Positions 30,060 through 41,989 are shown, counted from the first letter of the stretch. The stretch is 64,000 bases of DNA from an uncultured delta proteobacterium (GCA_963817385.1 CAWFOM010000007.1:1-64000); one strand, 5' to 3'. Notes: generated by a model not told the origin, from the letters alone. Numbers and translations: made by a program.

Positions 30060-31241
30060 ATGGCGAAAGAACAAATGATGACAGGTTGCCGTGCAGCCGC
30101 TGAAGGCGCAAAGGCGGCCGAAGTGGAAGTGATCTGCTCCTATCCGATCCGCCCCTACACGGCGATCATGATGGAGCTTGCGAAGATGGTCGCCAACGGC
30201 GAATTGAATGCGGAATTCATCCATGGCGAAGGCGAGCATGCGCAGCTATCGGTGGTCTTGGGCGCTTGCGCCTCGGGCGCCCGCGCCTTTACGGGAAGTT
30301 CCGGGGTCGGGGTCACCTATGCAATGGAGGTGTACAGCCCCATGGCCGGCGGCCGGTACCCCGCGCAGATGTCGATCGCCGACCGGACGCTCGATCCCCC
30401 CGGCGATTTCGGCTCCGAGCATACGGATGCAATGTCGACCCGCGATCAGGGCTGGCTTCTGGGATGGGCCTGCTCCCCCCAGGAGGTGTATGACAATACC
30501 TTGATAAACTATCGTGTCGGCGAAGACCACCGCGTGATGCTCCCCCAGATGGTCTGCCAGGACGGGTATTTCATCTCCCATATACCGGATAGGGTCACCC
30601 TGGGAGAGCAGTCACAGGTGAAGGAGTTTTTACCGCCCTACCGGCCGATCGGCCCTCTGAGCCTGACTCACCCGGTTTCCCACGGTCCGCAGATCAGGCC
30701 GGACCAGGGCGCCCCCATGGACGCCGCGCGTGCACAGACCTTTCTCGTTGTACCGAAGGTCATCGAAGAAGCGACGGCGGATTTCAACCGGATCTTCGGG
30801 CGGAACTACGATCCCTTCGTCGAGCAGTACAAACTGGCGGATGCGGAGATCGCCTTCTTCATCATGGGCGCCCATGCCAATACCTGCCGGACGTCGGTGG
30901 ATCGCCTTCGCAAACAGGGAGTGAAGGCCGGCATGGCGCGGTTGCGCTGGGTTCGCCCTTGGCCGACCCATCAGCTTGTCAATGCCTTGGGCCATGTCAA
31001 GGCCGTCGGAGTGGTCGAGACGAGCACGTCCTACGGAGGGGCAATGCGGGGCGGCAATCTGATTCACGAGCTTCGCGCCAGCCTTTATGATCTCGATCAG
31101 CGGCCCCTGGTCACCTCCTTCATGGGCGGTCTCGGCGGAGAGACCATCTGGCCCGCCGATTTCGATTACATGGCGAAGGTCCTCACGCAGGCGGTACAGG
31201 AGAAGAAGGTCCGGAACTACGTCCAGTGGCTTGGGATGTAA
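30060..31241 (+). CDS. oorA: Oxalate oxidoreductase alpha subunit
   Basis: YPIRP (YPITP in PFOR), GEGEHAQLS, RTLDPPGDFG. Confidence 0.85.
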   Translation: MAKEQMMTGCRAAAEGAKAAEVEVICSYPIRPYTAIMMELAKMVANGELNAEFIHGEGEHAQLSVVLGACASGARAFTGSSGVGVTYAMEVYSPMAGGRYPAQMSIADRTLDPPGDFGSEHTDAMSTRDQGWLLGWACSPQEVYDNTLINYRVGEDHRVMLPQMVCQDGYFISHIPDRVTLGEQSQVKEFLPPYRPIGPLSLTHPVSHGPQIRPDQGAPMDAARAQTFLVVPKVIEEATADFNRIFGRNYDPFVEQYKLADAEIAFFIMGAHANTCRTSVDRLRKQGVKAGMARLRWVRPWPTHQLVNALGHVKAVGVVETSTSYGGAMRGGNLIHELRASLYDLDQRPLVTSFMGGLGGETIWPADFDYMAKVLTQAVQEKKVRNYVQWLGM

Positions 31242-31268
31242 GAAGACGACGACCCACTATACGATTAA

Positions 31269-32267
<999 letters not shown>

Positions 32268-32317
32268 TCGTTCGTGAGAGAAGAAGGATGCTACTCTCGT
32301 AGAAAAGTTCACGCAAA

Positions 32318-32342
32318 ACCCTCCCCCGTCGAGGGGGAGGGT
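32318..32342. repeat. GC-rich REP-like hairpin
   Basis: ACCCTCCCCC-GTCGA-GGGGGAGGGT; single copy seen in the window. Confidence 0.45.
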
Positions 32343-32483
32343 ACGGGCATACGGCGGGGAAGGAAAGGGGGCGCCGGAGGAAGGAACATCACTTTACTTT
32401 TTTATAAGATTAGGTGAGGATTATAGCGCTACAAGATATTGGGCCGGAAGATCGGAACGTTTTTCAAACAAAGGAGGGACTGT

Positions 32484-33480
32484 ATGAAAAAGGTATCTTG
32501 GACAGTGAAAATTACTATGGCGACGGTATGTTCTCTTGTGCTGATGGGTAGTCTTTCAGTAAACACGGCATATGCCTGGGAGCCTACGAAACCGGTGGAA
32601 TTTATTGTACCGGCGGGCACCGGGGGGGGCGCGGATGTGATGGCGCGGTTCATCTCGCCGCTGATCAGCAAGTATCAGCTGGCGCCTCATCCGTTCATTG
32701 TGATCAACAAATCCGCGGGGGCGGGCGGGGAAGGATTTCTCTATTTGAAGGGGAAGAGCAAGGATCCCCATACCATCATCATCACGCTTGATAATCTGTT
32801 TACGACGCCGCTGTCGACGGGGCTGCCGTTCAACTGGCGGGACATGACTCCAGTGGCGCGGTTGGCGCTGGATTATTTTGTCCTGTGGGTGAATGAGGAA
32901 TCTCCGTACAAGACGGCCAAGGAGTATCTGGATGCGGTAAAGAAAGAACCGGGGAAGTTTATGATGGGAGGGACCGGAACCGCCCAGGAGGACCAGATCA
33001 TTACCGTTCAGATGGAGCAGGCCTTCGGCGTGAAGTTCGGCTATGTTCCCTTCAAGGGCGGGAGGTGCGGTGGCCGTTGAACTCGTGGGGAAGCACGTCA
33101 ACTCAACAGTGAACAATCCCGCGGAGGCGGTCAGCCACTGGAAGGCGAAGAGATTGAGGGCGCTGGCGACGATCGATAGCGAGAGGATCAAGCTTCCTCT
33201 CTGGGATACGATCCCGACTATGAAGGAATCATCGGGGGTAGACATGAGCTATCTCATGCTCCGCGGGATCTTTGCCGCGCCGGGAATCACCAAGGACCAA
33301 CAGGAGTATTATATCACCGTGATGAAGAAGGTGACGGAGACGCCCGAATGGAAGAAGTACATTTCGGACATGGGTCTGAAGGGTGCGTTTTTAACGGGAC
33401 CTGACTATGTAAAATGGCTCGAACAAAAAGAAAATATCACCAAAGAACTCATGGCCAAGGGGAACCTGCTGAAGAAATGA
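32484..33480 (+). CDS. tctC: Tripartite tricarboxylate transporter substrate-binding protein (frameshift near 33060)
   Basis: PVEFIVPAGTGGGADVMAR, NKSAGAG, YVPFKG|GG, continued in ORF 33043-33480. Confidence 0.88.
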
Positions 33481-33559
33481 CAGCGAGTCGACATCCATGG
33501 AGCGAGATGAGAATCTCGCTCCATGCCTTTTAATTAAGGTCAATTTAAAAGGGGGGAGT

Positions 33560-34036
33560 ATGAAAAAAGCTGAAATATGGGTTTCTTTGGCATTTGTGTT
33601 GCTCGGCATCGTCGTCATCATCGATTCAATAAGGCTTGGTTTTATGTGGGGGATGAGCGGTCCGGAATCCGGATTTTTCCCCTTCTATCTGGGGGTGGGT
33701 GTGGTTATATCCTCCCTGGTCGTCTTTTTCGACGCTTTTACCCGGTACAAAAAGGAGGGGGCCGGCAAGCCTTTGATGCCGCCGGGGGCCATAAAGCCCA
33801 TCCTTTGGGTTTTGATTCCGTCAACCTCAATGGTCGTGATCACGGAATTTGTCGGGCTCCACATCGCCGCGGCGCTGTATCTGGCGTTCTACATGCGCGT
33901 TGTAGGGAAGATTGGATGGGTGACGACGCTTCTCGTCGGTGTCATCTCTCCGCTGTCGCTCTATTTCACTTTTGACAAGCTATTCTTGATTCCGCTGCCC
34001 CAGGGGTTGTGGGGAGCATATCTGCTGCGGTTCTAA
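33560..34036 (+). CDS. tctB: TctB family small membrane subunit
   Basis: GPESGFFP, about four TM segments, IPLPQG. Confidence 0.85.
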   Translation: MKKAEIWVSLAFVLLGIVVIIDSIRLGFMWGMSGPESGFFPFYLGVGVVISSLVVFFDAFTRYKKEGAGKPLMPPGAIKPILWVLIPSTSMVVITEFVGLHIAAALYLAFYMRVVGKIGWVTTLLVGVISPLSLYFTFDKLFLIPLPQGLWGAYLLRF

Positions 34037-34093
34037 GGAAGACAAGACAGAGCGATCCGATAATCGTCTCCAACACAGACAAACCGATAAGAG

Positions 34094-35605
34094 GTGAGTA
34101 ATATGGTGGAAAACATAAACAATCTGATGGTGGGTCTTAATGTCGTGTTTCAGCCTTACAACCTCATGATAATCATCATCGGGCTTATTCTTGGAATCAT
34201 TGTCGGGGTGCTGCCTGGTCTGGGCGGCGCCAACGGTGTAGCTATCCTCATCCCCGTCGTGGTCACGATGCCGGCCACAGCCGGGGTGATTCTTTTGTCA
34301 ATGATCTATTGGGGGGCGCTCTATGGGGGAAGCATCACGTCAATACTGTTTAACATTCCGGGAGAACCCTGGGCGGTGGCGGCTACCTTCGACGGTTACC
34401 CCATGGCCAAGAAAGGACGGCCGGGCAAGGCGCTCGTGCTTGCTTTTCTCGCCCATGGCGTCGGCGCTCTTTTCGGCTGTATTGTACTGACCTTCTTTTC
34501 ACCCATCCTCGCGGAGTTTGCCTTGAAGTTCGGGCCGGCAGAGGTCTTTGCGGTCATGATGCTGACGTTCAGCGCCTTTGTGGGGCTGGGCGGAAAATCA
34601 CCTCTCAAGACGGTGGTGGCCATTCTGTTCGGTTTCATCCTGGCGGCCGTGGGGATGGACATCGTCAGCGGGCAGCTCCGCATGACTTACGGCACCGTTG
34701 TTCTGATGGGAGGGTTTAATTTTGTGGTGGCGGTCATCGGACTCTTCGGGCTGGGAGAGATATTTCTGACAGTCGAGGAGGGATTGAAGGTGGAGGGGAT
34801 ATCGACAAAGATCGGCTTGAAGGACATCTGGGACGGGATGAAGGATGTCATCCGCTATCCGAAGGCCCTCATTACCGGAACGCTCGTCGGCGTCTGGATG
34901 GGGTTCAAACCGGGAGGCGCTACGCCCGCTTCGTTCATGGCCTATGGTTTTACCAAGCAGTCCAGCGCGAATGCCGCTGAATTCGGGACAGGGGTCTCAC
35001 CCGGAATCATCGCCCCCGAAGCCGCAGCCCATGGCGCCGGAACATCGGCCATGATCCCCATGATCACGCTGGGGATCCCCGGATCGCCCACCATGGCGGT
35101 GATCATGGGCGGCTTGATGATCTTCGGGCTTCAACCCGGGCCGATGCTTTTTAAGGAGAATGTCGATTTCGTCTGGGGGCTCATCGCTAGCACCTGGGTG
35201 GGCAATATATTCGGATTCTTTGTTGTCTTGGCATTCGCACCCATCTTTGCCGCCGTGCTGAAGGTCAGGTTTGCGATCTTCATGCCCCTTATCATCTATG
35301 TGTGCGCGATCGGCGCCTATGCGGTGAACAACCGGATGATCGACGTCTACTATATGCTGCTCTTCGGCGTTCTCGGCTATCTGTTCAAAAAGCTCGATTA
35401 CCCCATTGCACCGATGGTGCTGGCGCTGGTCCTGGGCGATATGGCGGAATCGGCGATGAGACAGGCCCTGATCATCGGACACGGCAGCCCGATGGTATTC
35501 TTTACACTTCCTTTGGCATTGCCGCTTATGGTCGCAGCGATTATCATCTTCTTCTGGCCCGTGATCGCTCCGTTGAAAGCGAAAATGTTCGGCAAGAAGG
35601 CCTGA
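34094..35605 (+). CDS. tctA: TctA family large membrane subunit
   Basis: GVLPGLG, YGGSITSILFNIPG, DGYPMA, TLGIPGS. Confidence 0.93.
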   Translation: MSNMVENINNLMVGLNVVFQPYNLMIIIIGLILGIIVGVLPGLGGANGVAILIPVVVTMPATAGVILLSMIYWGALYGGSITSILFNIPGEPWAVAATFDGYPMAKKGRPGKALVLAFLAHGVGALFGCIVLTFFSPILAEFALKFGPAEVFAVMMLTFSAFVGLGGKSPLKTVVAILFGFILAAVGMDIVSGQLRMTYGTVVLMGGFNFVVAVIGLFGLGEIFLTVEEGLKVEGISTKIGLKDIWDGMKDVIRYPKALITGTLVGVWMGFKPGGATPASFMAYGFTKQSSANAAEFGTGVSPGIIAPEAAAHGAGTSAMIPMITLGIPGSPTMAVIMGGLMIFGLQPGPMLFKENVDFVWGLIASTWVGNIFGFFVVLAFAPIFAAVLKVRFAIFMPLIIYVCAIGAYAVNNRMIDVYYMLLFGVLGYLFKKLDYPIAPMVLALVLGDMAESAMRQALIIGHGSPMVFFTLPLALPLMVAAIIIFFWPVIAPLKAKMFGKKA

Positions 35606-35627
35606 GAAACCTGAGGGAGAAATAGCA

Positions 35628-36569
35628 ATGAATTTCCTGATTGCGGGCGGCGCCGGGTCGGTCGGCCGGGACTTGACCGCATCCCTCCTGCGGGAGGGGC
35701 ACCGGGTAAAGGTCTTGGACAAGCGGGCCGAGACGGTTTCTCCCCTTCATGATGAGAAGTTGGAATGGATACAGGGGGGGCTCGAAGAGGTTCGGCTTGT
35801 TCAAGAAGCGATCCAGGGAGTGGATATCGTCATTCACCTGGCGTGGTCTTTTTCCGACGATCCGGTCGAACTTCTGGAAGGCGACCTCAAAGGGCATGTC
35901 GTATTGCTCGACGCATGCGTAGCTGCGAAAGTTTCTCGTCTCTTTTATGCAAGCAGCGCTGTTGTGTATGGAAAGCCGGTTCACCTGCCCATAACCGAAG
36001 ATGCACCGTGCGTGGTGGAAGATGCGAGGAAGCCTTTCTACGCAATCGCCAAGCTTACGGCGGAAAAACTTGCGTTGACCTACGGGAAGATGAAGGGGCT
36101 GCCCGTAACGGTTTTTCGCTTCTGGTGGTCCTATGGGAAGAAGATCGGCGGGAGGCACCTCCGCGAAATGATCACGCGTGCGCAAACGGGGCAACCGTTA
36201 ATGGTCCCTGACGGGTCGGGCGGAAGCTTCCTCGATCACGATGACCTGGCGCATGCCCTCCTGCTGGCCATTCACAGGCAGGAGAGCATCGGGCAGATAT
36301 TTAACCTGGCGACAATTTATCTCAAGTGGACAGATATCACTCGAATGATCATGGAGGCCACCGGGTCATCCTCTTCCTTGGAAGTCATCCCGGCCAGGGA
36401 GTGGAAAGGGGCGCAATTTTTAGCCGATTCTTGGGAGTTATCAATCGCCAAAGCCGAACGGCTTTTTGATTATCGTTCCTTGTTTTCTCCTGCAATAGCA
36501 CGACAGCGGCTTGAGAAGGCTATCGAACAGGGGAGTGAGGGAGGAAACGGTAAGTTATTAGTATCTTAG
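35628..36569 (+). CDS. NAD-dependent epimerase/dehydratase (extended SDR)
   Basis: GGAGSVG, SSAVVYG, YAIAK. Confidence 0.85.
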   Translation: MNFLIAGGAGSVGRDLTASLLREGHRVKVLDKRAETVSPLHDEKLEWIQGGLEEVRLVQEAIQGVDIVIHLAWSFSDDPVELLEGDLKGHVVLLDACVAAKVSRLFYASSAVVYGKPVHLPITEDAPCVVEDARKPFYAIAKLTAEKLALTYGKMKGLPVTVFRFWWSYGKKIGGRHLREMITRAQTGQPLMVPDGSGGSFLDHDDLAHALLLAIHRQESIGQIFNLATIYLKWTDITRMIMEATGSSSSLEVIPAREWKGAQFLADSWELSIAKAERLFDYRSLFSPAIARQRLEKAIEQGSEGGNGKLLVS

Positions 36570-36665
36570 AATGGCTTACTGTAACAGGTGTCTCCCCGTT
36601 ACGTTCATAACGCTTCAGGGAGGCGCATATCACAGCGGTGGCTTGTGCCACAAAAGGAGGGGACT

Positions 36666-37253
36666 ATGCGACGTGTGATGGGGGTAGTGGTTTTGGCAGT
36701 GGTCATGTTGACGGGGTGCGCCGGCCTGCAGAAGACGGACAGCGCGGTGTCAGTCTACAAGGTGATGGAAGATATCCAAGAACAGATTACGTGGCAGGCA
36801 TGGAATGCCAATGGCTGGGCGGGGAGCCCGATTGTTGTCGAGGCGGTGCTCGCCCAGAACAAGAAGGGACCGATCCCGGGCATGGACAATGCGAAGTGGA
36901 AGACCGTGCCCGAGAAAGATGCGATCGTTCAAGGTTTCATCAACAACGAGGCGGCCAAGTTTCTGAAGGCGGAAACGGCGAAGACCGACGGGATCTGCGT
37001 CGGGTTCTTTCTGAACGGCGCCCAGGGCGAGAAGGTCGCCTTCTCCGACAAGACCGGCAGTTACATCCACAAGGGGTCAGCGAAGTTCGACGTGCCCTTC
37101 ACCACGGGTAAAACCTGGCAGGGAAAACCGGAGCTGGAGGACAAGATTTACGTGATCCAGATTTCGGTTCCCGTTCTCTCCGAGGGGAAGCCGATCGGCG
37201 CGCTCGTCGTCGAGATCGACGGATCAAAGCTGGAAGGGCTTGCCAAGAAGTAA
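36666..37253 (+). CDS. Lipoprotein with a stand-alone Cache/PDC-like domain
   Basis: Lipobox LTGC; C-terminal IQISVPVLSEGKPIGALVVEID strand pattern. Confidence 0.55.
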   Translation: MRRVMGVVVLAVVMLTGCAGLQKTDSAVSVYKVMEDIQEQITWQAWNANGWAGSPIVVEAVLAQNKKGPIPGMDNAKWKTVPEKDAIVQGFINNEAAKFLKAETAKTDGICVGFFLNGAQGEKVAFSDKTGSYIHKGSAKFDVPFTTGKTWQGKPELEDKIYVIQISVPVLSEGKPIGALVVEIDGSKLEGLAKK

Positions 37254-37411
37254 GTAACCGCTGTCTGACGCCCGGCCCCGGGCCGGGCGTTGCACCGCTG
37301 ATCGGTGTCGCACGAAGGATCGAAAGACGGGAAGAGGGAGCCCTCCTAATATTCTTTCCGTCAGGACGACTTTGAGATTTATCTGTATCCGGCAATAAGG
37401 GAGGCACCATA

Positions 37412-38149
37412 ATGGATTTTGGCATGTTGGGGAGAATCGACTTTAGCATGGAATTTGTCATGGCCTTTCTGAGCATCGTGCTCATCGACCTGGTCCTTGC
37501 CGGGGACAATGCCGTGGTCATTGCCATGGCCGTGAAGAATCTCCCGAAGAAAAAACGGTTTTGGGGTATCATGATCGGCGCGGGGGGGGCGGTTCTGCTC
37601 CGGGTGGCATGCACCTTCGTGGTTTCCCAGCTTCTGGTCATGCAGTACGTAAAGCTGGCGGGAGGCGCGGTGATCATCTGGATCGGGATCAAGCTCTTGG
37701 TGGAAGGCGCCGAGGATGAGGGGGGGCACAAGGAGGCGGGAACGATACTCCAGGCCCTCTGGATCATCATGGTGGCGGACATCAGCATGTCCATCGATAA
37801 TATGCTCGCCGTGGGGGCGGCCTGCAAGGGGAATCTCTTTCTCCTGATCTTCGGGCTGGCCCTCAGCATCCCCTTTGTGGTGTTCACCAGCAACCTCCTC
37901 TCCAAGCTCATGGACCGGTATCCGATCATTCTGTGGATCGGCGCGGCCATCCTGGGAAAGGTGGGCGGGGAGATGATGATCACCGACCCGTTCGTTGTCA
38001 ATATCATCCATACGACCAAGGCGATGGAGTACGGCTCCATGATCTTCTTCACCATCCTGGTGGTCGGTACCTCGAAGCTCATCCTCATGAGAAAAGCGGC
38101 AAAGGTCAGGGCGGAGATGGCTGCCGGAGGCGGCGCTGCGCAGACCTAG
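37412..38149 (+). CDS. TerC family (YjbE-like) membrane protein
   Basis: IDLVLAGDNAVVIAMA, ADISMSIDNMLAV. Confidence 0.9.
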   Translation: MDFGMLGRIDFSMEFVMAFLSIVLIDLVLAGDNAVVIAMAVKNLPKKKRFWGIMIGAGGAVLLRVACTFVVSQLLVMQYVKLAGGAVIIWIGIKLLVEGAEDEGGHKEAGTILQALWIIMVADISMSIDNMLAVGAACKGNLFLLIFGLALSIPFVVFTSNLLSKLMDRYPIILWIGAAILGKVGGEMMITDPFVVNIIHTTKAMEYGSMIFFTILVVGTSKLILMRKAAKVRAEMAAGGGAAQT

Positions 38150-38155
38150 TTCACC

Positions 38156-40498
38156 CTACTGGGCATAGTAATTGATCAGACATCCTGCCAGGATGATGTC
38201 CCGATCTTCCCGGGAGAGACTCTCCAGGATTAATTCCAGAGATTTTCGCTTCCCTTCGCGGATAACGAAGGCGGGGAGCTTATCCCTGCCGTTCAGGATG
38301 GCCTGGCGGATCCCCGGGATATAGATGAGATCGTCCACTGCCAGATCACCCATGGCTTCCTTCCCGATCGTGAAGGGCAACATCCCCCAGTTGATCAGGT
38401 TGCTCCGGTACCGTTTGGTGGCATACTCCAAGGCGATATTCGCCTGTCCCCCGAGAACCTTCTGGCAGGACGCCGCCTGTTCCCTGGCGGATCCGTCGCC
38501 GGGCTTGATTGCGAAGATAACGCTCGCGAGCCCCGTATCGTCAATAAACCGGCGGATTTCTTCGGGGGTCGGTTTCCCCTCCGTCCAGAAGGAGGATAGC
38601 GCGTCGATCAGATCGTCCGCCGGCCCTCCTTCGGCAAGCAGCGTGAGCCGTCTCTTCTCGAGTCTCTGAAACGCCTTGGCCCGGGCGACGTAACCGGGGT
38701 CTTTCCGCGACAGGGTGAACTCGGCAAGCTTCAACGGATTGGAACGATAGGACGACGTCTCCCCGGACGGGATCAGTTCGTCTGTCGTCGTAATCGGATC
38801 ACGGATAACCGAGGCCAACGTGAGCAGCAGGTTCTCCGGGAGCGGCAGCATCTTCGGCCAGTCGGCGATATTCGGTCCGAATCGCAATGGCTCTTCGCGA
38901 TGGGCGTTCCCGAAGCCCTGGTAGACCCGATGGTCATAGACACTTCCGTCAAAGACGTACGCAGCCGGCGTTGCGGGAGCATCGCATTCCGTAGCCGGAG
39001 TCAACAGACCCCCATTAAGAGCCGTTGCGGCAATTGATCGCGCGTCCATCAAAGCAACCGAAGCCAACTGGCCGCTTGACGGTATCGACCCCTCTCGGTT
39101 TGGAAAGTTCCGTGTCGTATGCCGGATGCAGAGAGAGTTATTGGCCGGGGTATCCCCCGCTCCGAAGCACGGTCCGCAGAAAGCGGACCGGATGACCGCT
39201 CCGGCGTTCATCAGTTTTTCGATGGACCGGTTCCTGATCAGCTCGATAAAGACCGGCTGGCTCGCCGGGTAGACGCTCAGGGAGAATGCGCCGCTGCCGG
39301 TGGATCTGCCGTTCATGATTTCCGCCATGACCACGATATTGTCGAAGGTCCCTCCGGCGCAGCCCGCGACAGTCCCCTGATCCACCTTGAGTCTCCCCCC
39401 GACGAGCTTGTCGGTCAGACGAAATACCAGGTTGGGATTCTCCATCAGTTTGTTTCCGTCTGCCTCCACCTTGCGCAGGATTTCGAGTGCATTCCGGTTC
39501 AACTCGGAAATCGGCCAGACATTGCTGGGGTGGAACGGCAGGGCGATCATCGGTTCCACCCGGCTCAGATCCACGTTAACGATCCCGTCATACCAGCAGA
39601 CGTCGCCCGGCTCCATCCGCCGATAATCCTCCGGGTGACCATGGATCCGGTACCAAGACTCCACCTGTTCATCCGTTTGCCAGATCGAAGAGAGGCAGGA
39701 CGTTTCGGTGGTCATGACATCGATGCCGTTCCGGTAATCGATCGGAAGGTTGGCCACACCCGGCCCGAGGAACTCCAAGACCTTGTTTTTCACGAATCCG
39801 CTCGAGAACACGGCCCGGATGAGGGCAAGCGCCACATCCTGCGGTCCGACCCCGAGGGCCGGCCGGCCTTCCAGGCGTACCGCCACGACCTCCGGGTAGT
39901 CCAGATCATAGGTTCGCCCCAGGAGCTGCTTGACGATTTCCGGTCCGCCCTCTCCGAACCCCATCGTACCCAAGGCGCCGTAGCGGGTATGACTGTCCGA
40001 GGCCATGATCATCCTGCCACACCCGGCCATTGTTTCCCGCATATACTGGTGCATAACCGCCTGGTGGGCCGGCACAAAGATACCGCCGTACTTCCTGGCA
40101 GCCGAGAGACCGAACGCGTGGTCGTCCTCGTTGATGGTTCCGCCGACGGCGCAGAGGCTGTTATGGCAATTGGTGAGGACAAACGGCACGGGGAATTCCT
40201 TCAGCCCGCCGGCCCTGGCCGTCTGGATAATCCCGACGTACGTAATGTCGTGGGATGACAGTGAATCAACCCGAAGTTTGAGGTTTTGCGGGGTGCCCGA
40301 CTGGTTATGCGAGGTGAGGATCTGATGAGTCAGGGTTCCGGCGCGGGCCGTCTCCTTCGCGATCCGTTGCCCGGGTAAAGGCGCAAGACCCGCCCCCCTC
40401 AGGCGCGTGTTGATCTCCTCCATGCCCTGCAGATCGGCATCCTCCAGGACCAGTTGTCCCCGGAGTACAAACGCCCCTTGAGCGGATACAGTCACCAT
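38156..40498 (-). CDS. Aconitase-family hydratase (YbhJ-like)
   Basis: HDITYVGIIQT, NCHNSLCAVGGTINEDDH, DSHTR, AGCAGG, CGPCFG, TTDELIP. Confidence 0.88.
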   Translation of the reverse strand: MVTVSAQGAFVLRGQLVLEDADLQGMEEINTRLRGAGLAPLPGQRIAKETARAGTLTHQILTSHNQSGTPQNLKLRVDSLSSHDITYVGIIQTARAGGLKEFPVPFVLTNCHNSLCAVGGTINEDDHAFGLSAARKYGGIFVPAHQAVMHQYMRETMAGCGRMIMASDSHTRYGALGTMGFGEGGPEIVKQLLGRTYDLDYPEVVAVRLEGRPALGVGPQDVALALIRAVFSSGFVKNKVLEFLGPGVANLPIDYRNGIDVMTTETSCLSSIWQTDEQVESWYRIHGHPEDYRRMEPGDVCWYDGIVNVDLSRVEPMIALPFHPSNVWPISELNRNALEILRKVEADGNKLMENPNLVFRLTDKLVGGRLKVDQGTVAGCAGGTFDNIVVMAEIMNGRSTGSGAFSLSVYPASQPVFIELIRNRSIEKLMNAGAVIRSAFCGPCFGAGDTPANNSLCIRHTTRNFPNREGSIPSSGQLASVALMDARSIAATALNGGLLTPATECDAPATPAAYVFDGSVYDHRVYQGFGNAHREEPLRFGPNIADWPKMLPLPENLLLTLASVIRDPITTTDELIPSGETSSYRSNPLKLAEFTLSRKDPGYVARAKAFQRLEKRRLTLLAEGGPADDLIDALSSFWTEGKPTPEEIRRFIDDTGLASVIFAIKPGDGSAREQAASCQKVLGGQANIALEYATKRYRSNLINWGMLPFTIGKEAMGDLAVDDLIYIPGIRQAILNGRDKLPAFVIREGKRKSLELILESLSREDRDIILAGCLINYYAQ

Positions 40499-40730
40499 CG
40501 AACGTCTCCTCTCCTACTTAGGTGAAATTATGCCTTACCGTATAAAATTTCTTCCGGATATTCAAGCGCATTCGAAGTGATTCATCAATATCCCGATCAC
40601 CTCATCCATGATCGGCAATCGGTCCGTATCCTTACCCGTATTCGCCCGCTAAGATAATTCAATCAACACAGATCGGACAGCGGCGGATGCCGCGCCTCTT
40701 TACGTCAGGCAGCCGGAAAGCGGCGAAAGC

Positions 40731-40776
40731 ACAATGCGGGTGATGAAAGCTACTTTTTCATCACCCGCATTGTTTT
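40731..40776. terminator. Long hairpin, probable terminator downstream of the minus-strand tctC
   Basis: ACAATGCGGGTGATGAAA / TTTCATCACCCGCATTGT. Confidence 0.65.
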
Positions 40777-40848
40777 CCTGTCTCCGCTTCGTGAAAGCGG
40801 GGGCGTGGAAGGCCGTGCCCCCGTCACTCATCCCTTTGTGTACGGGAA

Positions 40849-41829
40849 TTACTTCTTCTTAATCAGGTTCATCTCCTTGAGGATCTGGGCGTACTTGCCG
40901 CTCATCTCGGTGAGGTATTTCATGAACTCGTCACCGGCCATATATCCTTCGGAGATCATGTTGTCCTTGTAATACTTCTTGAAGATATCCGTTCGCGTGA
41001 CTTTATAGAGCGCTTCCTCCAAGACCTTCCGTGCATCCGCCGGAATGTCGGCCGGGGCGGCGAGGCTGCGGTTCTGTCTGAAGATGACGTTGAGTCCCTG
41101 CTCCTTCATCGTGGGGATGTCGGGGGCTTCGGTCATCCGCTTATCGGAGAAGATGCCGAGGATCCGCAATTTGCCCGCCTTGACAAGCTCCAGCATTTCA
41201 CCGGGATTGCCGACCGACATGTCAACGTGGTTGCCGAGGAGCGCCACATTGGCATCCGCCTGGCCGTTGAAGACGACCGAGTTGAACTGGACGCCGGCTG
41301 CCTTTTCGACCATGCTCATGCAGATGGTGTCCGGACCGCCGAGCTGGGTGACGGCCAGGGAGATCTTCTTGGGATTGGCCTTGGCGTCGGCCAGCACCTC
41401 CTTGATGGATTTATACTTCGAGTTGGTGCCCACCGCCAGGACGAGCTCGTCGAAGGCCAGGTTGGCGATCGGGGTGAAGTCCTTCAGGCCGACCGGCGTC
41501 AGGCCCATGATCGGGGTCGTCAGAAAGGTGGGGGTGGCCGTAACCAGGAAATAGGGGTCCTTCTTCTTGCCGGCAACATAGGAGAAGGCGATCCCTCCGC
41601 TCCCGCCCGGCTTGGGCTCGACGATGACCGGCTGGGGGAGAATCTTGTTCTTCTCGATGGCTGCGGCGATGGTGCGTGCGAACATATCGCTGCCGCCGCC
41701 GGCCGAGGCATGGACGATGATGGTGATGGGCTTTTCCGGGAATTTACCGGCGCCCAAGGCATTTCCGGCCCCGAAAGCGACGAGCAGAACGACAACGAAC
41801 AGTACGGACACCTTGCACAGGTTTTTCAT
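40849..41829 (-). CDS. TctC/Bug family substrate-binding protein (orphan)
   Basis: HASAGGGSDMFAR, KPGGSG, PDIPTMKEQG. Confidence 0.9.
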   Translation of the reverse strand: MKNLCKVSVLFVVVLLVAFGAGNALGAGKFPEKPITIIVHASAGGGSDMFARTIAAAIEKNKILPQPVIVEPKPGGSGGIAFSYVAGKKKDPYFLVTATPTFLTTPIMGLTPVGLKDFTPIANLAFDELVLAVGTNSKYKSIKEVLADAKANPKKISLAVTQLGGPDTICMSMVEKAAGVQFNSVVFNGQADANVALLGNHVDMSVGNPGEMLELVKAGKLRILGIFSDKRMTEAPDIPTMKEQGLNVIFRQNRSLAAPADIPADARKVLEEALYKVTRTDIFKKYYKDNMISEGYMAGDEFMKYLTEMSGKYAQILKEMNLIKKK

Positions 41830-41989
41830 TTTTCCCCTCCGTGAGATGGTTAATTCGCCGCGGTTTTTTTATGGATCACCGAACGGCGATTGGACAGAAA
41901 AAAAGGTAAGATAAAACCGCTATCATTCCTTCTTCGACCAATACCCTTCCGCATTACCTCCTTCATCCGGCCGGACGAATGTCGCCCTG

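Noticed and set aside
37254..37411. yybP-ykoY riboswitch expected before a TerC gene
   Set aside because: No GGGGAGUAG-type signature seen, only generic GC hairpins
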